Shown here piece by piece: positions 60,901 to 64,000 of a stretch of 64,000 bases of DNA. Within the stretch, counting starts at the first letter, position 1. Every line of letters starts with the position of its first letter. Where the stretch lies: NCBI GenBank assembly GCA_964606485.1, contig CAZSGP010000001.1, positions 161,085 through 225,084 of the forward strand. The letters run 5' to 3'. A program made the translations under genes and the position numbers. Origin of the DNA: an uncultured Planctomycetia bacterium. GTDB lineage: Bacteria; Omnitrophota; Gorgyraeia; 2-02-FULL-51-18. The notes below the pieces were generated by a model that did not search any database, had not been told where the DNA came from, and saw only the letters and a program-made list of their open reading frames with translations.

Positions 60901-63900
60901 GGTTCAGCAGGTAAAATTATGGTATTCGTCAAACGGCGACTCCGGCCCGTGGACTCAACTTCCCGGAACGGGCAATATCAACTCCGGTGCGGCCGGACAA
61001 CAGCATACGTATGACTGGGCAATTCCCGGAACATTCCCAATCATCAAAGATAATTTCCGTATCAAAGTCAGTGACGCTGCCAATGCAAACGTTTTTGACC
61101 AGTCCACAGCGGCGAGCTCCACCATCGCAACGGTAACTTTTGCGCATCCAATCTCATCCGATGTTTGGGTAGCGGAAAACGCGCACAATATTCAATGGAC
61201 GACTCCTCAGGCGGGTGTTCCGACCACTGTAAAACTAGAATACAACGTCGGCGGCGGTTGGGTTTTGGTCCCAGAAAATGACGGAACGGTTAATGATGGT
61301 ATTGTAACGAATACTGGAACGCGGTCGTGGACGTTGCCGACCACAAGATCTTTGGCGGCAAAAGTCCGCATTTCCGATCCGAACGATGCCAATAGTATTG
61401 TCGAAAGCGATCCGTTTAAAATCCGCGGTGATCTGACTGTGACTTCTCCGACGCTCGGCTCCGAAGCGTGGGTGGTGATGACGACTCACGACATTACGTG
61501 GACGAAAAAGGGAAATATTTCCGCAGCGAACTTGCAAATCACAAAAGACGCTACCGTTGGAACGCCAGTTTGGGAAAATTTAGTGGATGGAGATGCCAAC
61601 ACCACGCAAAATATTTCACTTCCGGGAACGGGCCCATATACTTTTACGTGGAGAGTTCCAAATGATCCCACCATCATGAGCTCCAAAGCAAGAATTCGCG
61701 TGGTGGATGCTTCCGATCCAGCGGTCTACGATGATTCGGACACCAATTTTACAATCCAGGGCCGATTGACATTGAACGCAGCGGTGCCCAATCCACTTTA
61801 TGTGGCTGATATCTATTCCATTGCCTGGACTCGCGAGGGCACGATTCCAACGGTGAAGGTGGAGTACTCGGTGAATGGCGCACCGTTTCAATATTGCTTG
61901 GATGCTGTGACGGCACCGGCGGACAGTGTTGTGGCCAATTCCTTTAACTGGAAAGTTCCCGACAGCATCAACACCAATGTGATCTTGCGCATCAGCAATA
62001 CCGATGCGACAAAGCCGACGATCGTTGCTTCTTCCAACACCTTCGCCATCAAAGGCCAAATCGCTTTGGATGCGCCTACGGCAGGTCTACTCTGGAAAGT
62101 GGATGACTCCAATGCCATTCAATGGACACCCACGGGTACGATGGGAACGGTCAAGCTCGAGTATTCGAAAGATGGATTTGCGACAGCGGGCATTCCGGTC
62201 ACCGGCCCCGCCAATGAAAGTGCTGCTGCGCTTTCCGCGGGTGTGAGCGGCGTGCAACAAAGTTTCACCTGGAAAATTCCTAATGACATCAACGACACAG
62301 TGACCGTGAAAATTTCACCCAACGTAGTAACTCAGGCTGCTGCAGTCGAGTCCGGTGTATTTAAAATTGTCGGTGCTTATAAATTGCTGACTCCCAACGG
62401 TGGTGGAGGACAATTTTTTGAAGTGGATGGCTCGACTCCGATCACATGGGAAAAACACGGAACGGTGGGCGCGATCCGTATTGATTATTCGACGAATGGG
62501 TTTTTAAATGAAACTCAGACGATTACGATTGCAGACTCCATTGCGAATCCCGGATTGGTTCAGCCGGGCGACTTGAGTTACTCATGGACCATTCCAAACT
62601 CAATCGGTGGAAGCGTGCGCGTCAGAATCTCGGATCCGTCTGTAGGGGTTTCCACAGTTGCGGACGGTTCTGACAACGATTTTGCAATCCGCGGAAAGAT
62701 TGATGTTTCGGCTCCTGCGGGCGGCGAAGTGTGGCTGATTGGAAGCGATCATACTATTCAGTGGGCGAAACATGGAACGATGCCGGCTGTAAAGGTGGAG
62801 TATTCGATCGGCGGCGGCGCGTATTCTTACGTGAAAGATGCGGGCGGAGTCGACGCGACCAGTGTCGCCGGAAACTCTTATTCATGGCGCATTCCGGATC
62901 AAAAAACATTGAACGGCGCTCGAATCAAAGTGACCAATCTATCGGACCAAACCAATGTTTACACTATCAGCAATCCTTTAACGATTCGCGGTGGTTTTAG
63001 CTGGCAGTTTCCGAATGTCGCAGGCCAGGTCTTTAAAGTGGGGACCACACAAAACCTGACGTGGACAACGTTCGGTACGATCACGAACGCGTCTCTTGAA
63101 TATTCGAATAATAGCGGATTTTCGTACCAGTCGGTGAAGGATGCGGGCGGTGCGGACGCAACCGGATTTATCAACACCGGCAGTTTCAACTGGGTGATTC
63201 CCAACGATATCTCAAAAGACGTCTACATTCGCATTAAAGACGCTTCAGATCCTGACGCCAAAGATATCACGCCGAAGATTAAAATTGCGGGCACGCTTTT
63301 TGTGGATCAGCCCGTGGGAACGTCGCGGTGGGGCGTCGGATCCACGCAAAGCATTATTTGGCATTCCACCGGATCCATTCAGAATATGAAAATTGAATAT
63401 TCAACCGATGGCGGATCGAACTGGGTGGTTCCGGCTATTCAGGATCTGGTTCCCGTGAGCAATGGAACACAGGCTTGGCTTATTCCGAACGCCGTCACGG
63501 CAAATGCCATGATTCGCATCAAGGACGTGATTTCAGATAGCGGTTCCGATCCGGTTACTTCCAATCCGTTCAAGATCACGGGTACCTTCTCATTTCTTGC
63601 GCCGCTTGCCGCTGATGTGTGGCCGGTAACGACAGGAGAAATTGCCAACACGACACGAAATATTGTGTGGTCCACTCAGGGTAATGTTACCTCGATTAAT
63701 TTACGCTACTCACCAACTGGCGCAGCGCCTTGGACACTGATCAACACCGCTGGTCCAATTGCGGATGGTGGGAATGGCGGTTCTTATACCTGGACGGTTC
63801 CCGATAGCATCAGCGCTTCGACAAAAATTTTAATTGAAGATAACGCCGATAACCAGACCAACACTTCTTCTGGAACGTTCACCGTTCGCGGGGATTTGAA

Positions 63901-64000
63901 CATCACATCTCCGGTTGGCGGTGAAAAGTGGGGAGTGGGCGATATCAAAAATATCACGTGGCAGAGAAACGGATCTATTTCCGAAGTGTTTATTTATTAC
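42881..64000 (+). CDS. Giant secreted repeat protein (adhesin / S-layer-like), 5' part only: more than 7040 codons, open to the window end
   Basis: ATG at 42881 in a frame with no stop to 64000. Signal peptide MAQAKHFKAKSFFATSLILAGLCLFFTADAHA. Thr/Ser/Asn/Gly/Val-rich. Dozens of ~100-aa domains share the pattern W(T/S)..G.I.NVKI.YS.DGG.W..I...N.G...W.VPD....V.I.-, resembling Ig-like/beta-sandwich (Kre9/KNH-like) repeats. Confidence 0.85.
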   Translation, partial: MAQAKHFKAKSFFATSLILAGLCLFFTADAHAVQIKKIYRGTVNFDFDDVSQSVDIGAAVDTTKSIVLLSLTAEGSFTEADQNCFFAAQFEDASTLYIDRAGATKAAGVIWQVIEFNDGVNVQRGITSLPNGTASQYLTKTIDLPAALTSTSTAVPILFTRMAYTNTDFTHVMMVVPTLPNVNQLTVSRLHNSKTAKTVTMVWQIIEFLKDASVVTGTATLPQPGAVTIDQTLNVDISGMITLNNGGQNALLFFSTQAGTAIAGTDARIFVRGRITSATNLQFIRAYASNNANMTVPIRYYVVDLKESTSGNALGYGNIYGSTTEGPGMTPNPNLRSISSSTNTTPIMIQMSNTHGFNASGGQWVTINGHNTNTNANGTWKAIVGVNCTNGTAGAGDCTTSQFELTGSIGNGVGGATGQVWMNPQTFVVSTATNANPIVVTTSAVNNFETGQRVQIVGATGNTAANGTWIITKSGTVGTQFTIPVAGNGAYGANSAYVQPVDLAVTNKNIAASTNATPISININAHGYATGQYVRVANHTPNTGANGQWFITVTDANNFTLNGSVGNGATSATGTVGVSNIAITSSTNASPISLNVANHGLVSGQLIRILSHVTNTAANGVWYVTVTDANNFTLNGSTGNGVGGATGVMFPIPTGWRIESSDDLVYPNEITLTCTAHPFSNGQLINVSNHYINNSTTNSTANGNWIVKSATANTLTLTGSLGTNGDGSGAGGRTGWITPANVNAIPASSVERTIVIPSTSVSGSTQNNTASEARMASYLSSPTTLHFMRDITAKTFPADFNVSIFEFPSITLTYPTTATSLTVGTSYPFTWKNSLDVAAHDYKVQFSVDAPHAVWNDLGSVCVDGTQSCQGSLQTAPTTLAAGTVNVKIPDNLGTTAKFRIWDVVDGATLAAVRVSDASNENMKLIRNLTLTDPVGGENWTVGDLKNLTWTFRGFTNFGTVKIEYFDGASWATVPGAGTLAVNNGGGSSDPFAGTGSFTWSQIPNLTGTNQALVKFRIVANDSAIDGTAFTSTSGNLTVRRGLTLTSLNSGTYNDQTPIDITWDYLGEKTADAFDWGNLKFEFCNNGVCAQPSDWTSLPITTGPTTYLADQAVNINETGTPPFSGAGKYVWTIPTGFTTNGAQAKIRISSASDPSIIQTSSSFFTINPTVRLLTPSSTGIVMYRGGSSYDITWTADASIANVKLDYATDGVTFSNPIAASVASSGVGTNTYSWTVPNNVGTNVKVKIGNADTIGIYPPGSFTAVSANPFTIKGSIDGITPNSGTVPYAAPSVSVTWNSHGALGNVKIFLSSDGSTSNFPTQLNSGSVAGGNDTSSPNSFSWDLTSPSIPPGTYVIRVQEVDGGGTPIGDVYGDSSATFKVVGAIAITNPPVNPSPPTWVVNQNDATTLLTWTKNPGSLGNVKVEYSIDDGATWPGGAQIISASNSGTTQAFTVPASAVSASYMKFKVSLVSDPTNVQATSDRVKARGTLQVVLPNATTDILKVDQSYNITWTSKDFLNNDLNWDNVDISYSFDGTIYTPITGVNGVPAIPAAYSWTPDPAVQSDTVKIKVQGHTYTDVADTSDNFFKIKPNMVILTHNGGGAPIWYVDAYSAAASITWETHAKAGTVNNVNLYYCKGALADDCAGSGTWNAIPGTAGLSNINAYSWSVADAIGPYTRVKVEPLVNGATDATLADISNNDFTIRGAFEFVQPAAAAILRVGATPTIQWTNHGTMPNAPTPNISIKYTLNGSVYTDIDGSQPLTNAAAYGGHTYNTWTIPDAARGAVGLKIQWEGDAANVNATRAVSIKPDIVINSPNGLTYHIGDTPVIEFTHTGRTSDTFKVRYSIDGGTNWSDAGASPTVTSVAPNTPYTFSPAPAFTIPNDTGIVVPNQFKIRVELVGDETDVKKDSAVNTILGKLAPVSAPAGPWTAGVTTPNITWTPQGITTVKIEYATDGVTFSNVINNTATGNNYTWPAIPGSAVSDNVKVRVTAQDANDSVTSVTTGSAVTILPQLVLTAPNGPLARYVGDALPITWNSTGAGNIKIEYTSDADQVTPTWTTLPGYGTVDSTPQSASNASVPNVISNHVKFRITNLNANPALVVTSESSIEFPIKGSLVLNSLTAAGLSYTLGDQPDVSWTPNGSIGDITVEYYNGSSWSTLTTTAPESGPFSLLLDAANGITTATNLAKVRISATNGSTAVIASANAFIVKPLISVTAPSAGNDVWRVDDSNAVGTERFITWTKKGANIANVKIEYSTDNFSSDINEIYASTANDGTQSWSASAGATSDVPDVINPSPNIKIRVSTLPTSDPWAVSATSSVFRIIGQLRMDTPDDATPAKWTINSTKTIGWTNLHGTIDNVKIYYSTAGDGGPWTILRNSGGTIATVPSGGPGAHTYDWAIPDDFPIVKDDFRLKVVDADNSNVEDASTAASSTLSKFTFVHPITTDVWVAETTHTIQWTTAQAGVPANVKIEVNTGSGWTNLVENEGTANDGIIVNDGSQPWLLSATRSLAAQVRISDPSNSTDSVTLSQTFKIRGDLTVQIPSDGTQSWSVAASNADTHAITWVKKGNIANVNLQMTKDFTAGTPVWENLADGTTPTPQVTQNLDVTGSANGPYTFTWVVPNIAGITTTKAAIRVVDASDGTVLDDSDNIFTIKGNVALTAPNGGGTYAVGDSITISGTLFGPITKIRLFYTKLGVNYNLLGVAGQYSTMDVGGASFTTSSNLVPNLIGNGITMTVQDDSNTTVQDVSDASFGFKGNVGITAPTTAGTTGSPFIANTSQDIVWDRFGSIGNMTFYYSVNDGPYTAVAGAGAVPSPSASGNTFSWTVPDDSIVSNNVKIKMTGPDLYNDVISEPFIVKGSIAINALAGPYVLGDDVNLTWTAHGDIGVVKVEYFDGTGWNVITSSAPQNGPYTLTLDTATGITKATNIAQVRVSANADPAVVSTSGQFMVKPLITVTAPASGNDIWRVDDSNTVGTERLITWTKKGSNIANVKIQYSSDNFVSDINDIYATTANDGSQSWSAALGATSDVPDNIRTSKDLKVRVLTLPTSDPWAVSASSAVFQIIGQLTMDTPNDVTGVKWRINSTNTVAWTNTHGSIDDVKIYYSTDSGTNWTIIRNSGGNIASVPSGSAGQQHTYDWAIPDDFPIIKDTFRLKVVDFGNANVEDPSTALSSTLSKFVFTHPISTDVWVAENTQTIQWTTAQAGVPTNVKVEYNVGGGWTVISENEGTANDGIIVNDGTQPWTLPSTRSLAAQVRISDPDDVNSITNSQAFKIRGDLTMTAPNTGTESWGVGINNGDTHAITWTKKGNIANINLQMTKDVTAGTPVWENLVDGTTPTPQVTQNIDVTGSANGPFTFNWVIPNVAGITTTKAAIRVIDASDGTVLDDSDAMFTIKGTVHLSNPNGGGSYAVGSVITVDGTVFGPITNVRLYYTKSGTDYGLNEVVGGQVVAVTGSNFTKQWTVPDRIGTGITVRVEDASNSVVQDPSDAGFGIKGNVAITAPTTAGTTGTPFIANTAQNIIWDKFGSIGNMTFTYSVNDGPYTAVSGAGAVPSPSSTNNTFSWTVPDTGIVSTNVKIKMSGSDLLNDVISEPFIVKGSIVLNAVTGPYALGDDANLTWTAHGDIGFVKVEYFDGTGWNVVTTTAPQNGPYTITLDSGASITKATDIAQVRISSAADPAVVSTSGQFMVKPVVAITSPAGGNDIWVVDAVKNITWNKKGSNIANVKIEYSSDNFAADINPLTGAEFTNGDTTNDGTASWIVPDNLRSSKDLKIRIRTLATADPWAVTAVSVPFQIIGQLTMDTPDDSTAVKWRINSTNTIAWTNTHGAIQNVKIYYSSAGDGGPWTQLPGTGNIGSGAAQQQHTYDWAIPDDFPIIKDTFRLKVVDATNANVEDASTAVSSTLAKFTISHPISSDIWVAENTQTIQWATAQAGVPANVKVEYNVGAGWVPINENEGTANDGIIVNDGTQPWLLTATRSLAAQVRISDPSNSDSIVNSQSFKIRGSLTMTAPNTGTESWGVGVNDADTHAITWTKKGNIANVNLQLTKDFTAGTPVWEDLVDGTSTPQNTQNIDVTGSANGPFAFNWVIPNAAGITTTKAAIRVIDASDGTVLDDSDVMFTIKGNVHLSNPNGGGSYAVGSVITVDGSVFGPIANVRLYYVKSGTDYGLNEVVGGQIVAVAGASFTKQWTVPDRIGTGVTIRVEDAANSIVQDTSDAGFGIKGNVVITAPTTAGTTGSPFIANTAQNIVWDRNGTIGNLTFYYSVNDGAYTAVSGAGAVPSPLLTGNSFSWTVPDTGIVSTNVKIKMSGSDLLADVISEPFIVKGTIVLNAVTGPYTLGDDANLTWTAHGDIGVVKVEYFDGTGWNVVTTSAPQNGPYTLTLDSGASITKATNIAQVRVSANADPVVVSTSGQFMVKPFVSITSPAGGNDIWVVDATKNVTWSKKGSNIANVHIDYSSDNFSADVNNLTGVEFTNGDTTNDGTAQWIVPDNLRSSKDLKIRIRTLPLADPWAISATSVPFQIIGQLTMDTPDDSTAVKWRINSTNTIAWTNTHGAIQNVKIYYSSAGDGGPWTQLPGTGNIGSGAAQQQHTYDWAIPDDFPIIKDTFRLKVVDATNANVEDASTAVSSTLAKFTISHPISSDIWVAENTQTIQWATAQAGVPANVKIEYSYDNTNWFSIAENEGTANDGIIVNDGTQPWALPATRALAAHIRISDPNDVSSIVSSDAFKIRGDLTIDIPSDGTQSWGIGINNADTHTIQWTKKGSIANVNLQMTKDASVGSPVWEDLVDGTTPAGQATQNIDVTGSANGPYTFNWVIPNTAGMTTTKAKIRVVDASDGTVLDDSDSMFTIKGNVHLTGPNGGGNYAVGSAVTVNGSVFGPITSVRLYYTKSGTDYGLNEVVGGDVVAVSGSSFTRQWTIPDRIGSGITVRVEDSTNSLIQDTSDAGFNIKGNVVISAPTTAGTTGTPFIANASHNIIWDRNGSIGNMTFYYNVNDGAWTAVSGAGAVPSPALSNNSFAWTLPDTGIVSTNVKIKMSGSDLLADVISEPFIVKGSIVLNAVPGPYFLGDDANLTWTAHGDIGNVKVEYFDGAGWNVVTTAASQNGPYTLTLDAVNSITKATDIAQVRISSNADPAVVSTSAQFLVKPLITVTSPAGGNDIWVVDAVKNITWDKKGSNIANVHIDYSTDNFNTDVNNLTGAEFTNGDTTNDGTASWVVPDNLRSSKDLKIRIRTLPLPDAWAVSATSVPIQIIGQLTMDTPNDVTGVNWRINATNTVAWTNTHGAIQNVKIYYSSDSGTNWTVIRNAGGSIGNISSGAAGQQHTYDWAIPSDFPIIKDTFRLKVVDASNANVEDPSTAVSSTLANFTYTHPISSDVWIAENTQTIQWATPSAGVPANVKVEYSYNDTNWFPIVENEGTANDGIIVNDGTQPWALPTTRSLAAKIRISDPNDSTNSAIKSQAFKIRGDVTLTAPNSALSWGIGVNNADNHAITWTKKGDIANVNLQYTKDASAGTVVWEDLVDGTTPTPNATQNISTAGSGPFTYNWVIPNISGIITTKARIRIIDASDSTVYDDSDVNFIIKGNVGISYPDGSVNYAVGSVVTVTGTIFGDIPQIRLSYNKGGTWYGLNGVVGGALVDSAGTTYSYDWTIPDAIGNGIYVRAEDSNNNTVGSNSPTFGIKGNVAITAPTTIGTTGSPFIANTAQSIVWDRNGTIGNLTFSYSVNNGAYTAVAGAGAVPSPLLTGNSFSWTVPDTDIVSTNVKIKMSGADLLADVISEPFIVKGTIALNAVTGPYTLGDDANLTWSAHGDIGLVKVEYFDGTGWNVITTTAPQNGPYTLTLDAVNSITKASNIAQVRVSAASDPVVVSTSGQFMVKPFIVITAPTGGNDIWVVDAAKNITWTKKGSNIANVRIDYSSDNFTNSDLLTGAEFTNGDTPNDGTVSWDVPDNIRSAKDLKIRIRTLPLSDTWAVSANSAPFQIIGQLTMDTPDDTTPVVWRINSTNTVAWTNTHGAVQQVKLWYSSNGDSGPWTQLPGTGNINSGAAGQQHTYDWAIPGTFPIIKDNFRIKVSDAANANVFDQSTAASSTIATVTFAHPISSDVWVAENAHNIQWTTPQAGVPTTVKLEYNVGGGWVLVPENDGTVNDGIVTNTGTRSWTLPTTRSLAAKVRISDPNDANSIVESDPFKIRGDLTVTSPTLGSEAWVVMTTHDITWTKKGNISAANLQITKDATVGTPVWENLVDGDANTTQNISLPGTGPYTFTWRVPNDPTIMSSKARIRVVDASDPAVYDDSDTNFTIQGRLTLNAAVPNPLYVADIYSIAWTREGTIPTVKVEYSVNGAPFQYCLDAVTAPADSVVANSFNWKVPDSINTNVILRISNTDATKPTIVASSNTFAIKGQIALDAPTAGLLWKVDDSNAIQWTPTGTMGTVKLEYSKDGFATAGIPVTGPANESAAALSAGVSGVQQSFTWKIPNDINDTVTVKISPNVVTQAAAVESGVFKIVGAYKLLTPNGGGGQFFEVDGSTPITWEKHGTVGAIRIDYSTNGFLNETQTITIADSIANPGLVQPGDLSYSWTIPNSIGGSVRVRISDPSVGVSTVADGSDNDFAIRGKIDVSAPAGGEVWLIGSDHTIQWAKHGTMPAVKVEYSIGGGAYSYVKDAGGVDATSVAGNSYSWRIPDQKTLNGARIKVTNLSDQTNVYTISNPLTIRGGFSWQFPNVAGQVFKVGTTQNLTWTTFGTITNASLEYSNNSGFSYQSVKDAGGADATGFINTGSFNWVIPNDISKDVYIRIKDASDPDAKDITPKIKIAGTLFVDQPVGTSRWGVGSTQSIIWHSTGSIQNMKIEYSTDGGSNWVVPAIQDLVPVSNGTQAWLIPNAVTANAMIRIKDVISDSGSDPVTSNPFKITGTFSFLAPLAADVWPVTTGEIANTTRNIVWSTQGNVTSINLRYSPTGAAPWTLINTAGPIADGGNGGSYTWTVPDSISASTKILIEDNADNQTNTSSGTFTVRGDLNITSPVGGEKWGVGDIKNITWQRNGSISEVFIYY
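43900..45130 (+). repeat. Five tandem ~75-aa 'NT-ANG-W' repeats within the giant ORF
   Basis: The recurring pattern P-I-(V/S)...H..(A/E)-(T/S)-GQ.(V/I).(I/V)...(T/N)-NT-(A/G)-ANG-(T/Q/V)-W-(I/F/Y)-(I/V)-T..(D)-(A)-N-(N)-FTL-(N/T)-GS-(V/T)-GNG read 5 times, e.g. TAANGTWIITKSG, TGANGQWFITVTDANNFTLNGSVGNG, TAANGVWYVTVTDANNFTLNGSTGNG. Confidence 0.6.
49200..61750 (+). repeat. Tandem array of ~2.2-kb supermodules (7 beta-sandwich domains A-G each; five full units plus flanking partial units) inside the giant ORF
   Basis: Domain-A anchor (VKP.I.VT.P..GNDIW.VD...ITW.KKG.NIANV.I.YS.DNF) recurs at 49501, 51724, 53941, 56118, 58300 and 60486, giving periods of 2223, 2217, 2177, 2182 and 2186 nt. Domain B stretches at about 54271-54690 and 56431-56860 are nucleotide-identical. 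Confidence 0.8.

Noticed and set aside
49200-61750. Regular ~2.2-kb periodicity considered as a possible CRISPR array or satellite
   Set aside because: The period is far too long for CRISPR (no 25-50-bp direct repeats with unique spacers), and it is in-frame coding with conserved protein motifs.
43700-63700. Dozens of 60-150-aa ORFs on the minus strand and in alternative + frames across the giant-gene region (e.g. 44093-44497 -, 45487-45909 -, 52684-53088 -, 61616-62059 -, 42972-43220 +)
   Set aside because: A single + frame is open across the whole interval and carries the periodic domain signal. The others are antisense or off-frame products of a compositionally biased repeat.
42881-64000. 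Abundant N-x-S/T triplets in the giant protein as evidence for PglB-type N-glycosylation
   Set aside because: Bacterial OTase sequons need D/E-x-N-x-S/T, and no GT66/PglB-like gene is present. The GT-C genes here are PMT/ArnT-like, which points to O-linked modification if any. The N-x-T frequency is an expected by-product of the Asn/Thr-rich composition.

Overview
The window is a single co-directional block of about 41 genes, all on the + strand. Every sizeable minus-strand ORF in the track lies inside a + strand gene and looks spurious. Most genes are tightly packed with overlapping stop/start codons (ATGA, GTGA, TTGA). I found no rRNA, tRNA or CRISPR, and no active mobile element.

Three sections are distinguishable.

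(1) 1-30576 is a long, apparently polycistronic surface-glycan biosynthesis locus:
- about 8 GT-B/GT4-type glycosyltransferases and 3 GT2 (two of them look like polyprenyl-phosphate-sugar synthases);
- 2 GT9 heptosyltransferase-like genes and 2 polytopic GT-C (PMT/ArnT-like) transferases;
- a WecA/MraY-like initiating phosphotransferase and a Wzy-like polymerase candidate;
- UDP-GlcNAc 2-epimerase, a WbpB-like dehydrogenase plus WbpD-like acetyltransferase pair, and an SDR epimerase/dehydratase;
- FIVE FkbM-family methyltransferases, two class-I SAM methyltransferases and an O-carbamoyltransferase;
- an odd QW-repeat alpha/alpha-toroid protein.

(2) 30598-41909 follows a textbook sigma70-like promoter carrying a palindromic operator, and contains:
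- an ABC module (GldA-like ATPase, an ABC-2 permease fused to a GldG-like domain, a DUF4340-like accessory protein);
- a small MerR-like HTH gene with its own consensus promoter and inverted repeat;
- a minimal secretin module: ExeA/GspA/MshM-like AAA ATPase, a PilP/GspC-like anchored protein, a GspD/PilQ-type secretin, and a coiled-coil/TPR protein. No pseudopilins or GspE/F are present;
- a small secreted protein, a strong intrinsic terminator, and a gene fusing an inactivated IS200/Y1-transposase-like (COG1943) domain to a coiled coil, a TM helix and an extracytoplasmic domain. That last domain is paralogous to the neighbouring secreted protein.

(3) 42881 to beyond 64000 is the 5' part (more than 7040 codons, still open at the window end) of a giant secreted protein:
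- an N-terminal signal peptide and a non-repetitive N-terminal domain;
- five ~75-aa 'NT-ANG-W' repeats;
- a long series of ~100-aa Ig-like/beta-sandwich domains, including a hierarchical tandem array of six ~2.2-kb (7-domain) supermodules, some stretches of which are nucleotide-identical.

My leading hypothesis is that the glycan/O-methylation locus, the PMT-like GT-C enzymes, the pilin-less secretin module and the giant Thr/Ser/Asn-rich repeat protein form one functional unit: a glycosylated giant surface adhesin or S-layer-like protein with a dedicated outer-membrane export route. That is inference from gene content, not something the sequence shows directly.
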